Assembly: GCA_963693365.1 (NCBI GenBank)
Contig: CAVNZM010000001.1
Location: 12,944,418 to 13,008,417, forward strand
Direction of reading: 5' to 3'
Length of the DNA stretch: 64,000 bases
Source of the DNA: Amoebidium appalachense
Lineage: Eukaryota; Protista; Ichthyosporea
The notes beneath the pieces were generated by a model, which worked only from the letters and a program-made list of their open reading frames with translations, did not search any database and had not been told where the DNA came from. Made by a program: the position numbers and the translations under genes. This document shows, one piece after another, positions 27,888-41,009 of the stretch (the stretch's first letter is position 1; each line of letters starts with the position of its first letter).

Positions 27888-29915
27888 CTGCAGGATTGTG
27901 GGCTGACGGCAGCCACACACAATACAAACGAATGTCGAGGGCAAGCGTGTAGGCAGCCACCTGGCGGCATACACGGTTCAGGCGTCGGGAGGCTGAACGA
28001 CCCTTAGCAACAGCCCCAAGCAGCGCCGTCGAATCAAGGCCCCAAAGGTAGCGGGAGCTCCGGGCAGCCGTAGACCGACCTAATCGACGAAGCCCCAGGA
28101 GCAAGGCTTCTCCCTCCAGAATGTTGATGTGGTCGGAGTGGCGCCAACGATGACTGATGTTGGTGGTCCACCGGCCACCAACAGCTGCCAGGATAGGTGC
28201 CGGGGGGCGGACGGGCTTGGCTCGTGCACAGGACCAGACAGCTGGCTGTAGTGGCCACGCCGGTTGCAGTGAGGCAGCACTTCGCGGAGAAGCGTTGCTG
28301 GAAGCACCCGGGACACCACTGCACCACCCAACAAGGAAGCATCAGTGCAGAACATGGTGCTAGCAAACCCAGAACGCAAATCACAACGCATCAAAGGGGC
28401 CAAAGCACACATCGCCTGAAGCTCCCACACCACGGGCGGGGGAAGGGGCTGTTCCCGACCCCCCAGCTGCTCCACAAAACTGTAGACGGCACTCAGAACC
28501 GACAAAAGCGGCCGCTGCAGCAGTGCCGCCCACACCCAACCACCAAGCAACTGCTGCAAACGGAGCTGCGTGACGACACCACGACGCAACACGGCCTGGG
28601 TTTCCGCCACCAGACGGCACAAGGAAGCGCCAGACGGGCGCAATATCCCAGAGCGATGCATTTCCAGGCCTAGCAGCACCATAGAGGACGACGAACCAGC
28701 AGCCACATCCTTCTTGACATTGGAGGGAAGACCAGCCGGGCCGGTGACGCCATGATACGATTCACGCTGACGATTGATGGCGGTGGCATCTGTGCCGACC
28801 CAGCCACAGTCGTCCACATACAGGGCATGCTGCGTGGCCTCCACAGGCCGCAGCACTATCGCACAGAGGCGCTCAATGCGGGGCATGCCGGCTCGGTCAG
28901 CCAACTGCCCATGGACGTCTTGAGCCACAAGCACAGAATGCACCCAGCCCATGGGCACGGTCTTAAGGGCCGGGTACACAAGCCGGTCGGGCCCAGAAAT
29001 GCCAACAGCCTCCGAAGACACAGGCGGCAAGCCGAAGTACCGCCACAGCCACTCGGGGGCAAGAAGACGATGGAACTGGTTGTCCATGTCCGACTTGCCA
29101 AAATAGAGGCAATCCTCAGGCCCAAGCAACAGATCGGCAAAATCGGCAGGGTTGGGCAGGTGCACCTGGAGGGCAGAATGATCACGGGCAAAGAACAGGT
29201 TGGCACGGCGGCCGTCAAAAATGACGCGGGCTCTGGTGGCTTTGGGGACCCCAAACAGCCCATTGATGGCCAGTGGTTTTTCCTTCGCCTCGAAATAGTG
29301 CACCATGCCGCAGTCTTGAAGCCGAAGAAGCAGGGGACCGTATTCCCCACTGGGAACGTGATGCGCCGGTCGGATGCGGCGCAGCTCTGCAGGCGTCGGC
29401 GGAACAGGCTTGAGAAGGCCGCCGTCGCAGTTGGCCAAAAACGGCTGCAGCGTAGGAGACAAAAACTGCAACACGTCCACTGTGGCTCCAACCCCAGGGG
29501 GTGGCAAAGCGGCATTTGCCGCCGTGAGAGGTAGCCATCCTGTCAATACAGGGTAGGCCGCGGGGAACGCAGCCAAGACACTACTCGCAGGCTGAGCGTC
29601 GTAGACACCCGCGCGTATAGCATCGTAGCTGGCCCTATGGACAAAGGTCCACAGGGCATGGTGGTGACTGTTCACCAACCGGGTCGGGAATGGGCAAGGG
29701 CCGCCTGCCCACAACTTGTTGAGGGCACCAAGACAACGGTTAGCCAAGGTAACCCCCTTCAGGCGGTGAGACAGACGTTGCCGACGGCGTTGACTCCGTA
29801 GACGGGCTTGTCCAGAACGGTCCGGCACAGGAATGGCCGGAACAGGAAACAAATCAGAGGCGGCAAAGACATGACGTGGCATAGCTGTGGAATCCTTAGA
29901 AAAATTAGGGGGCAT
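27862..29915 (-). pseudogene. RT/RNase H (frameshift at ~28200)
   Basis: KSDMDNQF, PMGW, YVDD and TDAS; the C-terminal NPADGPSR is in a second frame. Confidence 0.92.
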
Positions 29916-29992
29916 ATTGAATCAAGGGCACGTGGCAGGAAACCACAAGAAAATAATATACAGAACCGCGTGCCGAACCCCCAAAGGGCCGT

Positions 29993-31049
29993 TTAGGCCC
30001 TGTGGCCACCGGTCCCCGGAGGGGTCGATGGACCGGCTCCGGATGGGCCACTGCCGGGACCGCGCCGAGCCCTTGTGACTTCGGCGAGGGTCTTGGCTTG
30101 ACGAACAGCCCGGGTGGCCAAGGCAGGGGGCAGGGGCAGGCTGCGCGCAGGGAGCTCCTCAAACTGCTCTGCAACAGCCCAGTCCCCGTTGGACTGATCA
30201 GCAGTCTGCACAGCCAGCAGACGGCGCACACCAACTTCCACAGCAGGTGACTCCTTGCGGGCCTTAGGGTCGGCGGCCAGCAGCAGATCCAGCATACGGG
30301 CAAGCGTCAGAGCCTCCCGTTTGTTGCGGTAGCTGACCCAATCCGCCGCGTGGACAGCCGCAGTGACCGAGGCCTGGTCAGCCAAGGTGCTCTTGAGGTA
30401 GGGAAGGGGCCAGACGTTCTTTGACGCGCAGGTTGACTTTGGCGCCGCTGGAGAGCAGATAACGGCTGGGGTTGGGTTTGGAACGGCCAGAGGAACGACG
30501 GCTGCGAGAGGAACGACCGTAGCCACTGCTGCTGGAATCAGAATCCTCACTCGACGATGGGGTGTCTTCACTGCCGGTGTCGTACGCATAGACAGGCTCC
30601 TTGCCCTTTGCCCGCGCAGACAGCGTGCTCAGCAGGCCGCCGGCAGAGGGCTTCTTGGGGCGACCAGACTGGGCAACAGAGAGGGCTTGCACTTGGGCAG
30701 AAAGCGCCTGCAGCTGCTCTTGGACGTCTACACCGTCAGAACGCCGCTGGGGAGAGGGCGACCCAGGTGGGGGGGAGGCACGGCCGCTGCGAGGAGTGCG
30801 ACAGAGCAAGTGCAGCTGGTCGGTGACTTTCCAACCGACCATCTCAGGGTCATCAAAAGCCACCGAGCGCGCCTTGAGGGCTGAAACCACACTGTTGACG
30901 GTTTCTGCCGGCAGGCTGTTCCAGGGGAGGGCGTTGGACTGCAAAACGGCCAGACTTTTGAGGCTTGCGTCGTCCGCATCGGTAGAGATCTCCAAAAGCT
31001 TTTCGAGGAGAGCGGCCCCCTTGGCGACCAGAGCAGGAGGAGGGGCCAT
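29993..31049 (-). pseudogene. Gag-like ORF1 (frameshift at ~30400)
   Basis: Positional ORF1; same sequence as the intact 351-aa versions at 38324 and 55992. Confidence 0.85.
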
Positions 31050-32030
31050 TGCAATGCTCACAAACCAGACTAGAGCACAAAAACTTGAAAACGACGACTG
31101 GAAAATGCAAAAACGTGGGAAAACCGACACCGCAAAAAACGTCCGAAAACCAGCTAAAACGCAACGGCGCGCACGCACAACTCTGACCAGATGCTGCTGA
31201 AGCTAAGCGCGCGCTCCTGGGCAAAAAAAACTAGAGAAAAAACGAACAAGAGCGCGAAAAACGGGGACTAGAGTTGCAAAAACTTAGCTAAAAAATTGGG
31301 CCTAAAGAGACCTAAACGCGCTCAGTAGCGCCGCAACTGACCTCCCTGGGGCCGCTCAAGCTCATTATAAAGCGCGGCCCACATTTTTGCCTATGGAAAT
31401 ATGAAGAAATGACTTAGAACCTATCAAATCCATGAAATCTACCAAAATGGAATTTTTGCTGCACATCAACCAATGAAAAATTTTCACAAGTGGCTAAAAC
31501 CCCTAGATCATAAAGACCAAATCGATTGCCGCCCATTTTGGACTAGATATAACTCAAACTCATCAATATATCCATATGGCATATCCCACAGAACATAAAA
31601 ACAGCTACAGCTCCCTAAATAAAAATGCTAGCAGCCTGAAACTTTGCACACACATCAAACACACCATGGCCTACAGCATTATACTACCACGAAGTTTACA
31701 GCACACTCGCAACACACAATTTCACTCCAACGGGGCTATCTAATTCTCCTGCAAAGAAAACACGTTTACAAACTTAATATTCTGGGTTGTGCCCAGGGTA
31801 ATAGTAGTAAATTGGGCTGTGCCTCATTTAACCTCGGCCACTGTAAATAAAATCAAGTTGCCTACGGCCCACAGTTTCCAATTAATTGCCACGAACAAGC
31901 AGCAAAGCTCACTCAGCCCGTTTCTACCCCCACCTCACCCCCACCCCACCCCACCCGTTTGCACACAACACACACACACTCACTCACTCACTCACTCACT
32001 CACTTGCTCACTCACACCTACAAATGCAAC

Positions 32031-32723
32031 ATTCCTATGCCAACGTCGTCTTTACCAGCCCCAGCAAGAGGATACATGAGCCGGTGCCTGTGGATCAATC
32101 TCACAAGCAGGCACAGGTGTGCTCCACAGGAGCAATGAAAAGAATGACAAATGTCATACAGAAACATGCTCAAAAAACGTAGCCTAGTGCCTAAATAGGC
32201 AAAGGGTGTGGTGGGTGGGCAAAAACTTAGCTAAAAAATTGGGCCTAAAGAGAGCTAAACGCGCTCAGTAGCGCCGCAACTGACCTCCCTGGGACCGCGC
32301 AAGCTCATTATATAGGGCGGCCCACATTTTTGCCTATGGAAATATGAAGAAGTGACTTAGAACCTATCAAATCCATGAAATCTACCAAAATGGAATTTTT
32401 GCTGCACATCAACCAATGAAAATTTTTCACAAGTGGCTAAAACCCCTAGATCACAAAGACCAAATCAATTGCCGCCCATTTTGGACTAGATATAACTCAA
32501 ACTCATCAATATATCCATATGGCATATCCCACAGAACATAAAAACAGCTACAGCTCCCTAAATAAAAATGCTAGCAGCCTGAAACTTTGCACACACATCA
32601 AACACACCATGGCATACAACATTATACTACCACGCAGTTTACAGCACACTCGCAACACACAATTTCACTCTAACGGGGCTATCTTATTCTCCTGCAAAGA
32701 AAACACGTTTACAAACTTGATAT
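32031..32723 (-). mobile_element. Solo A-spacer-B unit of the YR retrotransposon
   Basis: Complete B, spacer and A with no coding region, flanked by CA-rich DNA. Confidence 0.92.
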
Positions 32724-32854
32724 ACACACAGACACAAAAACACACACGTGTACTTAAGTATACGTGCATCCATACAAACATATCACACAGCACCGTGCAC
32801 ACATGCACTCACTCAACTCACTTCTCACCGTAAGTACAATAACAGACACACACC

Positions 32855-33937
<1,083 letters not shown>

Positions 33938-34703
33938 GGCTATTTATCATAAATTTATTATAAAAACATTACAGTATTCCTATCTAATGGCTCGGTTTAT
34001 GTGTGTGCACGGCATTATACTTAGCGTACTATGTGTCGCGGGCGAAAAGCTTGTATGTGTACAGTTGAAACAACAGAGTTGTTGGTTGTACGTTGGCGTT
34101 GACAACTACATACGTCATGGAAGGCTTTTGATTGGCCGCGGCGAATTGGGAATTCCAAAATCGAGAAACCCTAAATCAGTCCCAACCGACACGGTCTCGT
34201 GATCTGTCCCGGCAACACGCAACCAAAACAGGCTGCTATCCTGGAGCCAGTTTAAGTGAAGGGCTATAGGCATGTGCTGGGTTTTCATTGGTGCATTAAA
34301 AATTGCATATCTAACCAATACCTGTAGAAAGGGGTAATTCCTGCTGAACGTTCCTGGGCTGGGGCTTACGGCGCCTTTTTTTTTCATGTTGAAGTGAAGC
34401 TATATCAAAAGAAGAGCATTTGAGGCCGAAGTGATTAGCTTGGAGAACAGAAAAAAAAAAGAAAAGAAAAAAAAGAAACGCATAGCCAGATACCTCGAGC
34501 CTATTTCGTTATGAACATATTGTTTATATGTTATTTCAAGCTGGTTTGCAAGCTTCCTACTGTTTTTCTTTTATGCCTCACGTGTGACAGTCTACGTAGT
34601 ATCTGATATACTTTACTTAATCGGCGGCCAGCCGATCTAATCGAGGAATTTTGCCCACTTCTCCAGGGACGATGTGGGCTAATAATAGAGATCTGCGCTG
34701 CGC

Positions 34704-37369
34704 TTTAGGGTCAATTTTTTAGCTAAGTTTTTTTGCAACTCTAGTCCCCGTTTTTCGCGCTGTTGTTCGTTGTTTCTCTAGTTTGTTTTGCCCTGAAGCG
34801 CGCGCTTAGCTTCGGCAGCATTGCGTGCGCGCCGTTGCGTTTTAGCTGGTTTTCGGACGTTTTTTGACGTGTCGTTTTTCTCGCGTTTTTTTCATTTTCC
34901 AGTCTTCCTTTTCAAGTTTTCGTGCTCTAGTCCGGTTTGTGAGCATTGCAATGGCCCCTCCTCCTGCTCTGGTCGCCAAGGGGGCCGCTCTCCTCGAAAA
35001 GCTTTTGGAGATCTCTACCGATGCGGACGACGCAAGTCTCAAAAGTCTGGCCGTTTTGCAGTCCAACGCCCTCCCCTGGAACAGCCTGCCGCCAGAAACC
35101 GTCAACAGTGTGTTCAGCCCTCAAGGCGCGCTCGGTGGCTTTTGATGACCCTGAGATGGTCGGTTGCAAAGTCACCGACCAGCTGCACTTGCTTTGTCGC
35201 ACTCCTCGCAGCGGCCGTGCCTCCCCCACTTGGGTCGCCCTCTCCCCAGCGGCGTTCTGGCGGTGTAGACATCCAAGAGCAGTTGCAGGCGCTTTCTGCC
35301 CAAGTGCAAGCCCTCTCTGTTGCCCAGTCTGGTCGCCCCAAGAAGCCCTCTGCCGGCGGCCTGCTGAGCACGCTGTCTGCGCGGGCAAAGGGTAAGGAGC
35401 CTGTCCATGTGTCTGACACGGGCAGTGAAGACACCCCATCGTCGCGTAAGGATTCTTCTTCTAGCAGCAGTGGCTACGGTCGTCCCTCTCGCAGCCGTCG
35501 TTCCTCTGGCCGTTCCAAACCCAACCCCAGCCGTTATCTGCTCTCCAGCGGCGACAAAGTCAACCTGCGCGTCAAAGAACGTCTGGCCCCTTCCTACCTC
35601 AAGAGCACCTTGGCTGACCAGGCTTAGGTCACTGCGGCTGTCCACGCAGCGGATTGGGTCAGTTACCGCAACAAACGGGAGGCTCTGACGCTTGCCCGTA
35701 TGCTGGATCTGCTGCTGGCTGCCGACCCTAAGGCCCGCAAAGAGTCGCCTGCTGTGGAAGTTGGTGTGCGCTGTCTGCTGGCTGTGCAGACTGCTGATCA
35801 GTCCAACGGGGACTGGGCTGTTGCAGAGCAGTTTGAGGAGCTCCCTGCGCGCAGCCTGCACCTGCCCCCTGCATTGGCCACCCGGGCTGTTCGTCAAGCC
35901 AAGACCCTCGCCGAAGTCACCCGGGCTCGGCGCGGTCCCGGCAGTGGCCCATCCAGCGCCGGACCATCGACCCCTCCGGGGCCGGTGGCCACAGGGCCTA
36001 AACGGCCCTTTGGGGGTTCGGCACGCGGTTCTGTATATTATTTTCTTCCATCCACGGGCCCTTGATTAAATATGCCCCCTAATTTTTCTAAGGATTCCAC
36101 AGCTTTGCCACGTCATGTCTTTGCCGCCTCTGATTTGTTTCCTGTTCCGGCCATTCCTGTGCCGGACCGTTCTGGGCAAGACCGTCTACGGAGTCAACGC
36201 CGTCGGCAACGTCTGTCTCACCGCCTGAAGGGGTTTAACTTGGCTAACCGTTGTCTTGGTGCCCTCAACGAGCTGTGGGCAGGCGGCCCTTGCCCATTCC
36301 CAACCTGGTTGGTGAACAGTCACCACCATGCCCTGTTGACCTATGTCCTTAGGGCCAGCTACGATGCTATACGCGCGGGTGTCTACGACGCTCAGCCTGC
36401 GAGTAGTGTCTTGGCTGCGCTCCCCCCGGCCTACCCTGTATTGACAGGATGGCTACCTCTCACGGCGGCAAATGCCGCTTTGCCACCCCCTGGGGTTGGA
36501 GCCACAGTGGACGTGTTGCAGTTTTTGTCTCCTACACTGCAGCCGTTTTTGGCCAACCGCGACGGCGGCCTTCTCAAGCCTGTTTCGCCGACGCCTGCAG
36601 AGCTGCGCCGCATCCGACTGGCGCATCACGTTCCCAGTGGGGAATACGTCCCATGCTTCTTCGGCTTCAAGACTGCGGCATGGTGCACTATTTCGAGGCG
36701 AAGGAAAAACCACTGGATATCAATGGGCTGTTTGGGGTCCCGAAAGACACCAGAGCCCGCGTCATTTTTGACGGCTGCCGTGGCAACCTGTTCTTTGCCC
36801 GTGATCATCCTGCCCTCGAGGTGCACCTGCCCAACCCTGCCGATTTTGCCGATCTGTTGCTGGGACCTGAGGATTGCCTCTATTTTGGCAAGTCGGACAT
36901 GGACAACCAGTTCCATCGTCTTCTTGCCCCCGAGTGGCTCAAGCGGCATGTGACTCCCTCGGCCTCAACGAGTATGGGTTCCATCTTCATAGTCTTCGCC
37001 TGGTGGTGCCTCGAGAGACTACGTCAGCGATGTTTCGGTAGAAACGATTGCTCTGCGTGGTCGGTGGAGATTGCATGCCTCCCTCCGCCGGTATGTGCAG
37101 GCCGGCCAGTCTCTTGTTCTTTCTATTCAGGTTCCGGCGTCGCTTCTTGCCCGGGCTGCAGCGCTGCGTCAGTCACCCACGGCATGTTCGTTCCTTCCCG
37201 TGCCAGATAGGGAGTGGTAGAGCACACCTGTGCCTGCTTGTGAGATTGATCCACAGGCACCTGCTCATGTATCCCCCTGCTGGGGCTGGTAAAGACGACG
37301 TTGGCATAAGAATATTTAGTTTGTAAACGTGTTTTCTTTGCAGGAGAATTAGATAGCCCCGTTGGAGTG
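34704..37369 (+). mobile_element. Internally deleted YR retrotransposon (short A1 remnant, broken gag, partial RT fused to YR 3' end at ~36939, B1, partial A2)
   Basis: Direct similarity to the full-length copy; frameshifts and an in-frame TAG at ~35625. Confidence 0.92.
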
Positions 37370-38323
37370 GGTCAGCGCGTTAAACGGGGACTAGAATTGC
37401 AAAAACTAAGCTAAAAAATTGGGCCCAAAGAGACCTACTGAGCGCGTTTAGGTCTCTTTGTGCCCAACTGACCCACTCCAAGGGGCTATCTAATTCTCCT
37501 GCAAAGAAAACACGTTTACAAACTAAATATTGTTTTTTCTATTCGGGTTCCGGCGTCGCTCCTTGCCCGGGCTGCAGCGCTGCGTCCGTCACCCACGGCA
37601 TATTAAGTTTGTAAACGTGTTTTCTTTGCAGGAGAATTAGATAGCCCCGTTGGAGTAAATTGTGTGTTGCGAGTGTGCTGTAATCTTCGTGGTAGCATAA
37701 TGTTGTAGGCCATGCTGTGTTTGATGTGTGTGCAACGTTTCAGGCTGCTAGCATTTTTATTTAGGGAGCTGTAGCTGTTTTTATGTTCTGTGGGATATGC
37801 CATATGGATATATTGATGAGTTTGAGTTATATCTAGTCCGAAATGGGCGGCAATTGATTTGGTCTTTGTGATCTAGGGGTTTAAGCCACTTGTGAAAAAT
37901 TTTCATTGGTTGATGTGCAGCAAAAATTCCATTTTGGTAGATTTCATGGATTTTATAGGTTCTAAGTCATTTCTTCATATTTCCATAGGCAAAAATGTGG
38001 GCCGCGCTATATAATGAGCTTGCGCGGCCCCAGGGAGGTCAGTTGCGGCGCTACTGAGCGCGTTTAGGTCTCTTTAGGCCCAATTTTTTAGCTAAGTTTT
38101 TTGCAACTCTAGTCCCCGCGCTGTTGTTCGTTTTTTCTCTAGTTTGTTTTGCCCAGGAGCGCGCGCTTAGCTTCTGCAGCATCTGGTAAGAGATTTGCGT
38201 GCGCGCCGTTGCGTTTTAGCTGGTTTTCGGACGTTTTTTGCGGTGTCGGTTTTCCCACGTTTTTGCATTTTCCAGTCTTCGTTTTCAAGTTTTCGTGCTC
38301 TAGTCTGGTTTGTGAGCATTGCA

Positions 38324-39379
38324 ATGGCCCCTCCTCCTGCTCTGGTCGCCAAGGGGGCCGCTCTCCTCGAAAAGCTTTTGGAGATCTCTACCGATGCGGA
38401 CGATGCAAGTCTCAAAAGTCTGGCCGTTTTGCAGTCCAACGCCCTCCCCTGGAACAGCCTGCCGGCAGAAACCGTCAACAGTGTAGTTTCAGCCCTCAAG
38501 GCGCGATCGGTGGCTTTTGATGACCCTGAGATGGTCGGTTGGAAAGTCACCGACCAGCTGCACTTGCTCTGTCGCACTCATCGCAGCGGCCGTGCCTCCC
38601 CCCCACCTGGGTCGCCCTCTCCTCAGCGGCGTTCTGACGGTGTAGACGTCCAAGAGCAGCTGCAGGCGCTTTCTGCCCAAGTGCAAGCCCTCTCTGTTGC
38701 CCAGTCTGGTCGCCCCAAGAAGCCCTCTGCCGGCGGCCTGCTGAGCACGCTGTCTGCGCGGGCAAAGGGTAAGGAACCTGTCCATGTGTCTGACACGGGC
38801 AGTGAAGACACCCCATCGTCGAGTGAGGATTCTGATTCCAGCAGCAGTGGCTACGGTCGTCCCTCTCGCAGCCGTCGTTCCTCTGGCCGTTCCAAACCCA
38901 ACCCCAGCCGTTATCTGCTCTCCAGCGGCGACAAAGTCAACCTGCGCGTCAAAGAACGTCTGGCCCCTTCCTACCTCAAGAGCACCTTGGCTGACGAGGC
39001 CTCGGTCACTGCGGCTGTCCACGCGGCGGATTGGGTCAGCTACCGCAACAAACGGGAGGCTCTGACGCTTGCCCGTATGCTGGATCTGCTGCTGGCCGCC
39101 GACCCTAAGGCCCGCAAGGAGTCACCTGCTGTGGAAGTTGGTGTGCGCCGTCTGCTGGCTGTGCAGACTGCTGATCAGTCCAACGGGGACTGGGCTGTTG
39201 CAGAGCAGTTTGAGGAGCTCCCTGCGCGCAGCCTGCCCCTGCCCCCTGCCTTGGCCACCCGGGCTGTTCGTCAAGCCAAGACCCTCGCCGAAGTCACCCG
39301 GGCTCGGCGCGGTCCCGGCAGTGGCCCATCCGGAGCCGGTCCATCGACCCCTCCGGGGACCGGTGGGCTCAGGGCCTAA
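38324..39379 (+). CDS. Gag-like ORF1, 351 aa
   Basis: Intact from MAPPPALV; first ORF of the element, with a Ser/Arg-rich middle. Confidence 0.8.
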   Translation: MAPPPALVAKGAALLEKLLEISTDADDASLKSLAVLQSNALPWNSLPAETVNSVVSALKARSVAFDDPEMVGWKVTDQLHLLCRTHRSGRASPPPGSPSPQRRSDGVDVQEQLQALSAQVQALSVAQSGRPKKPSAGGLLSTLSARAKGKEPVHVSDTGSEDTPSSSEDSDSSSSGYGRPSRSRRSSGRSKPNPSRYLLSSGDKVNLRVKERLAPSYLKSTLADEASVTAAVHAADWVSYRNKREALTLARMLDLLLAADPKARKESPAVEVGVRRLLAVQTADQSNGDWAVAEQFEELPARSLPLPPALATRAVRQAKTLAEVTRARRGPGSGPSGAGPSTPPGTGGLRA

Positions 39380-39456
39380 ACGGCCCTTTGGGGGTTCGGC
39401 ACGCGGTTCTGTATATTCTTTTATTGTGGCTTCCTGCCACGTGCCCTTGATTCAAT

Positions 39457-40478
39457 ATGCCCCCTAATTTTTCTAAGGATTCCACAGCTATGCCACGTCA
39501 TGTCTTTGCCGCCTCTGATTTGTTTCCTGTTCCGGCCATTCCTGTGCCGGACCGTTCTGGACAAGCCCGTCTACGGAGTCAACGCCGTCGGCAACGTCTG
39601 TCTCACCGCCTGAAGGGGGTTACCTTGGCTAACCGTTGTCTTGGTGCCCTCAACAAGCTGTGGGCAGGCGGCCCTTGCCCATTCCCGACCCGGTTGGTGA
39701 ACAGTCACCACCATGCCCTGTGGACCTTTGTCCATAGGGCCAGCTACGATGCTATACGCGCGGGTGTCTACGACGCTCAGCCTGCGAGTAGTGTCTTGGC
39801 TGCGTTCCCCGCGGCCTACCCTGTATTGACAGGATGGCTACCTCTCACGGCGGCAAATGCCGCTTTGCCACCCCCTGGGGTTGGAGCCACAGTGGACGTG
39901 TTGCAGTTTTTGTCTCCTACGCTGCAGCCGTTTTTGGCCAACTGCGACGGCGGCCTTCTCAAGCCTGTTCCGCCGACGCCTGCAGAGCTGCGCCGCATCC
40001 GACCGGCGCATCACGTTCCCAGTGGGGAATACGGTCCCCTGCTTCTTTGGCTTCAAGACTGCGGCATGGTGCACTATTTCGAGGCGAAGGAAAAACCACT
40101 GGCCATCAATGGGCTGTTTGGGGTCCCCAAAGACACCAGAGCCCGCGTCATTTTTGACGGCCGCCGTGGCAACCTGTTCTTTGCCCGTGATCATCCTGCC
40201 CTCCAGGTGCACCTGCCCAACCCTGCCGATTTTGCCGATCTGTTGCTGGGGCCTGAGGATTGCCTCTATTTTGGCAAGTCGGACATGGACAACCAGTTCC
40301 ATCGTCTTCTTGCCCCCGAGTGGCTGTGGCGGTACTTCGGATTGCCGCCTGTGTCTTCGGAGGCTGTTGGCATTTCTGGGCCCGACCGGCTTGTGTACCC
40401 GGCCCTCAAGACCGTGCCCATGGGCTGGGTGCATTCTGTGCTTGTGGCTCAAGACGTCCATGGGCAGTTGGCTGACCA
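39457..40478 (+). pseudogene. RT, truncated before YVDD
   Basis: Contains KSDMDNQF and PMGW, then a junction to the duplicated N-terminal segment. Confidence 0.9.
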
Positions 40479-41009
40479 AGCCGGAATGCTAAGGATTCCA
40501 CAGCTATGCCACGTCATGTCATTGCCGCCTCTGATTTGTTTCCTGTTCCGGCCATTCCTGTGCCAGACCGTTCTGGGCAACACTCTCTACGGAGTCAACA
40601 CCGTCGGCAACGTCTGTCTCACCGCTTGATGGGGGTTACCTTGGCTAACCATTGTCTTGGTGCCCTCAACGAGCTGTGGGCAGGCGGCCCTTGCCCATTC
40701 CCGACATGGTTGGTGAACAGTAACCACCATGCCTTGTGGACCTTTGTCCTTAGGGCCAGCTACGATGCTATAGGTGTGGGCATCTACGACGCTCAGCCTG
40801 CGAGTAATCTCTTGGCTGCGTTCCCCGCGGCCTACCCTGTATTGACAGGATGGCTACCTCTCACGGCGGCAAATGCCGCTTTGCCACCCCCTGGGGTTGG
40901 AGCCACAGTGGAGGTGTTGCAGTTTTTGTCTCCTACACTGCAGCCGTTTTTGGCCAACTGCGACGGCGGCCTTCTCAAGCCAGTTCCGCCGACGACGTTG
41001 GCATAAGAA

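Larger units (their letters stand above)
26158..31783 (-). mobile_element. Full-length Ngaro/PAT-type YR retrotransposon with split direct repeats
   Basis: A1 31276-31783, gag, RT/RH, YR, B1 26851-26946, A2 26347-26851, spacer 26256-26346, B2 26160-26255. No methyltransferase domain follows RH, which is Ngaro-like. Confidence 0.95.
37600..41009 (+). mobile_element. Rearranged YR retrotransposon (A1, intact gag, RT 5' part, second copy of the RT start, last ~19 nt of B)
   Basis: A1 37600-38104; RT breaks at ~40478 and the RT start repeats at 40488-40995; the copy ends GACGACGTTGGCATAAGAA. Confidence 0.9.

Noticed and set aside
27163-31224. Many 100-260-aa antisense and alternate-frame ORFs over the YR elements
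   Set aside because: Expected shadows of GC-rich coding sequence; they recur only because the copies are near-identical.
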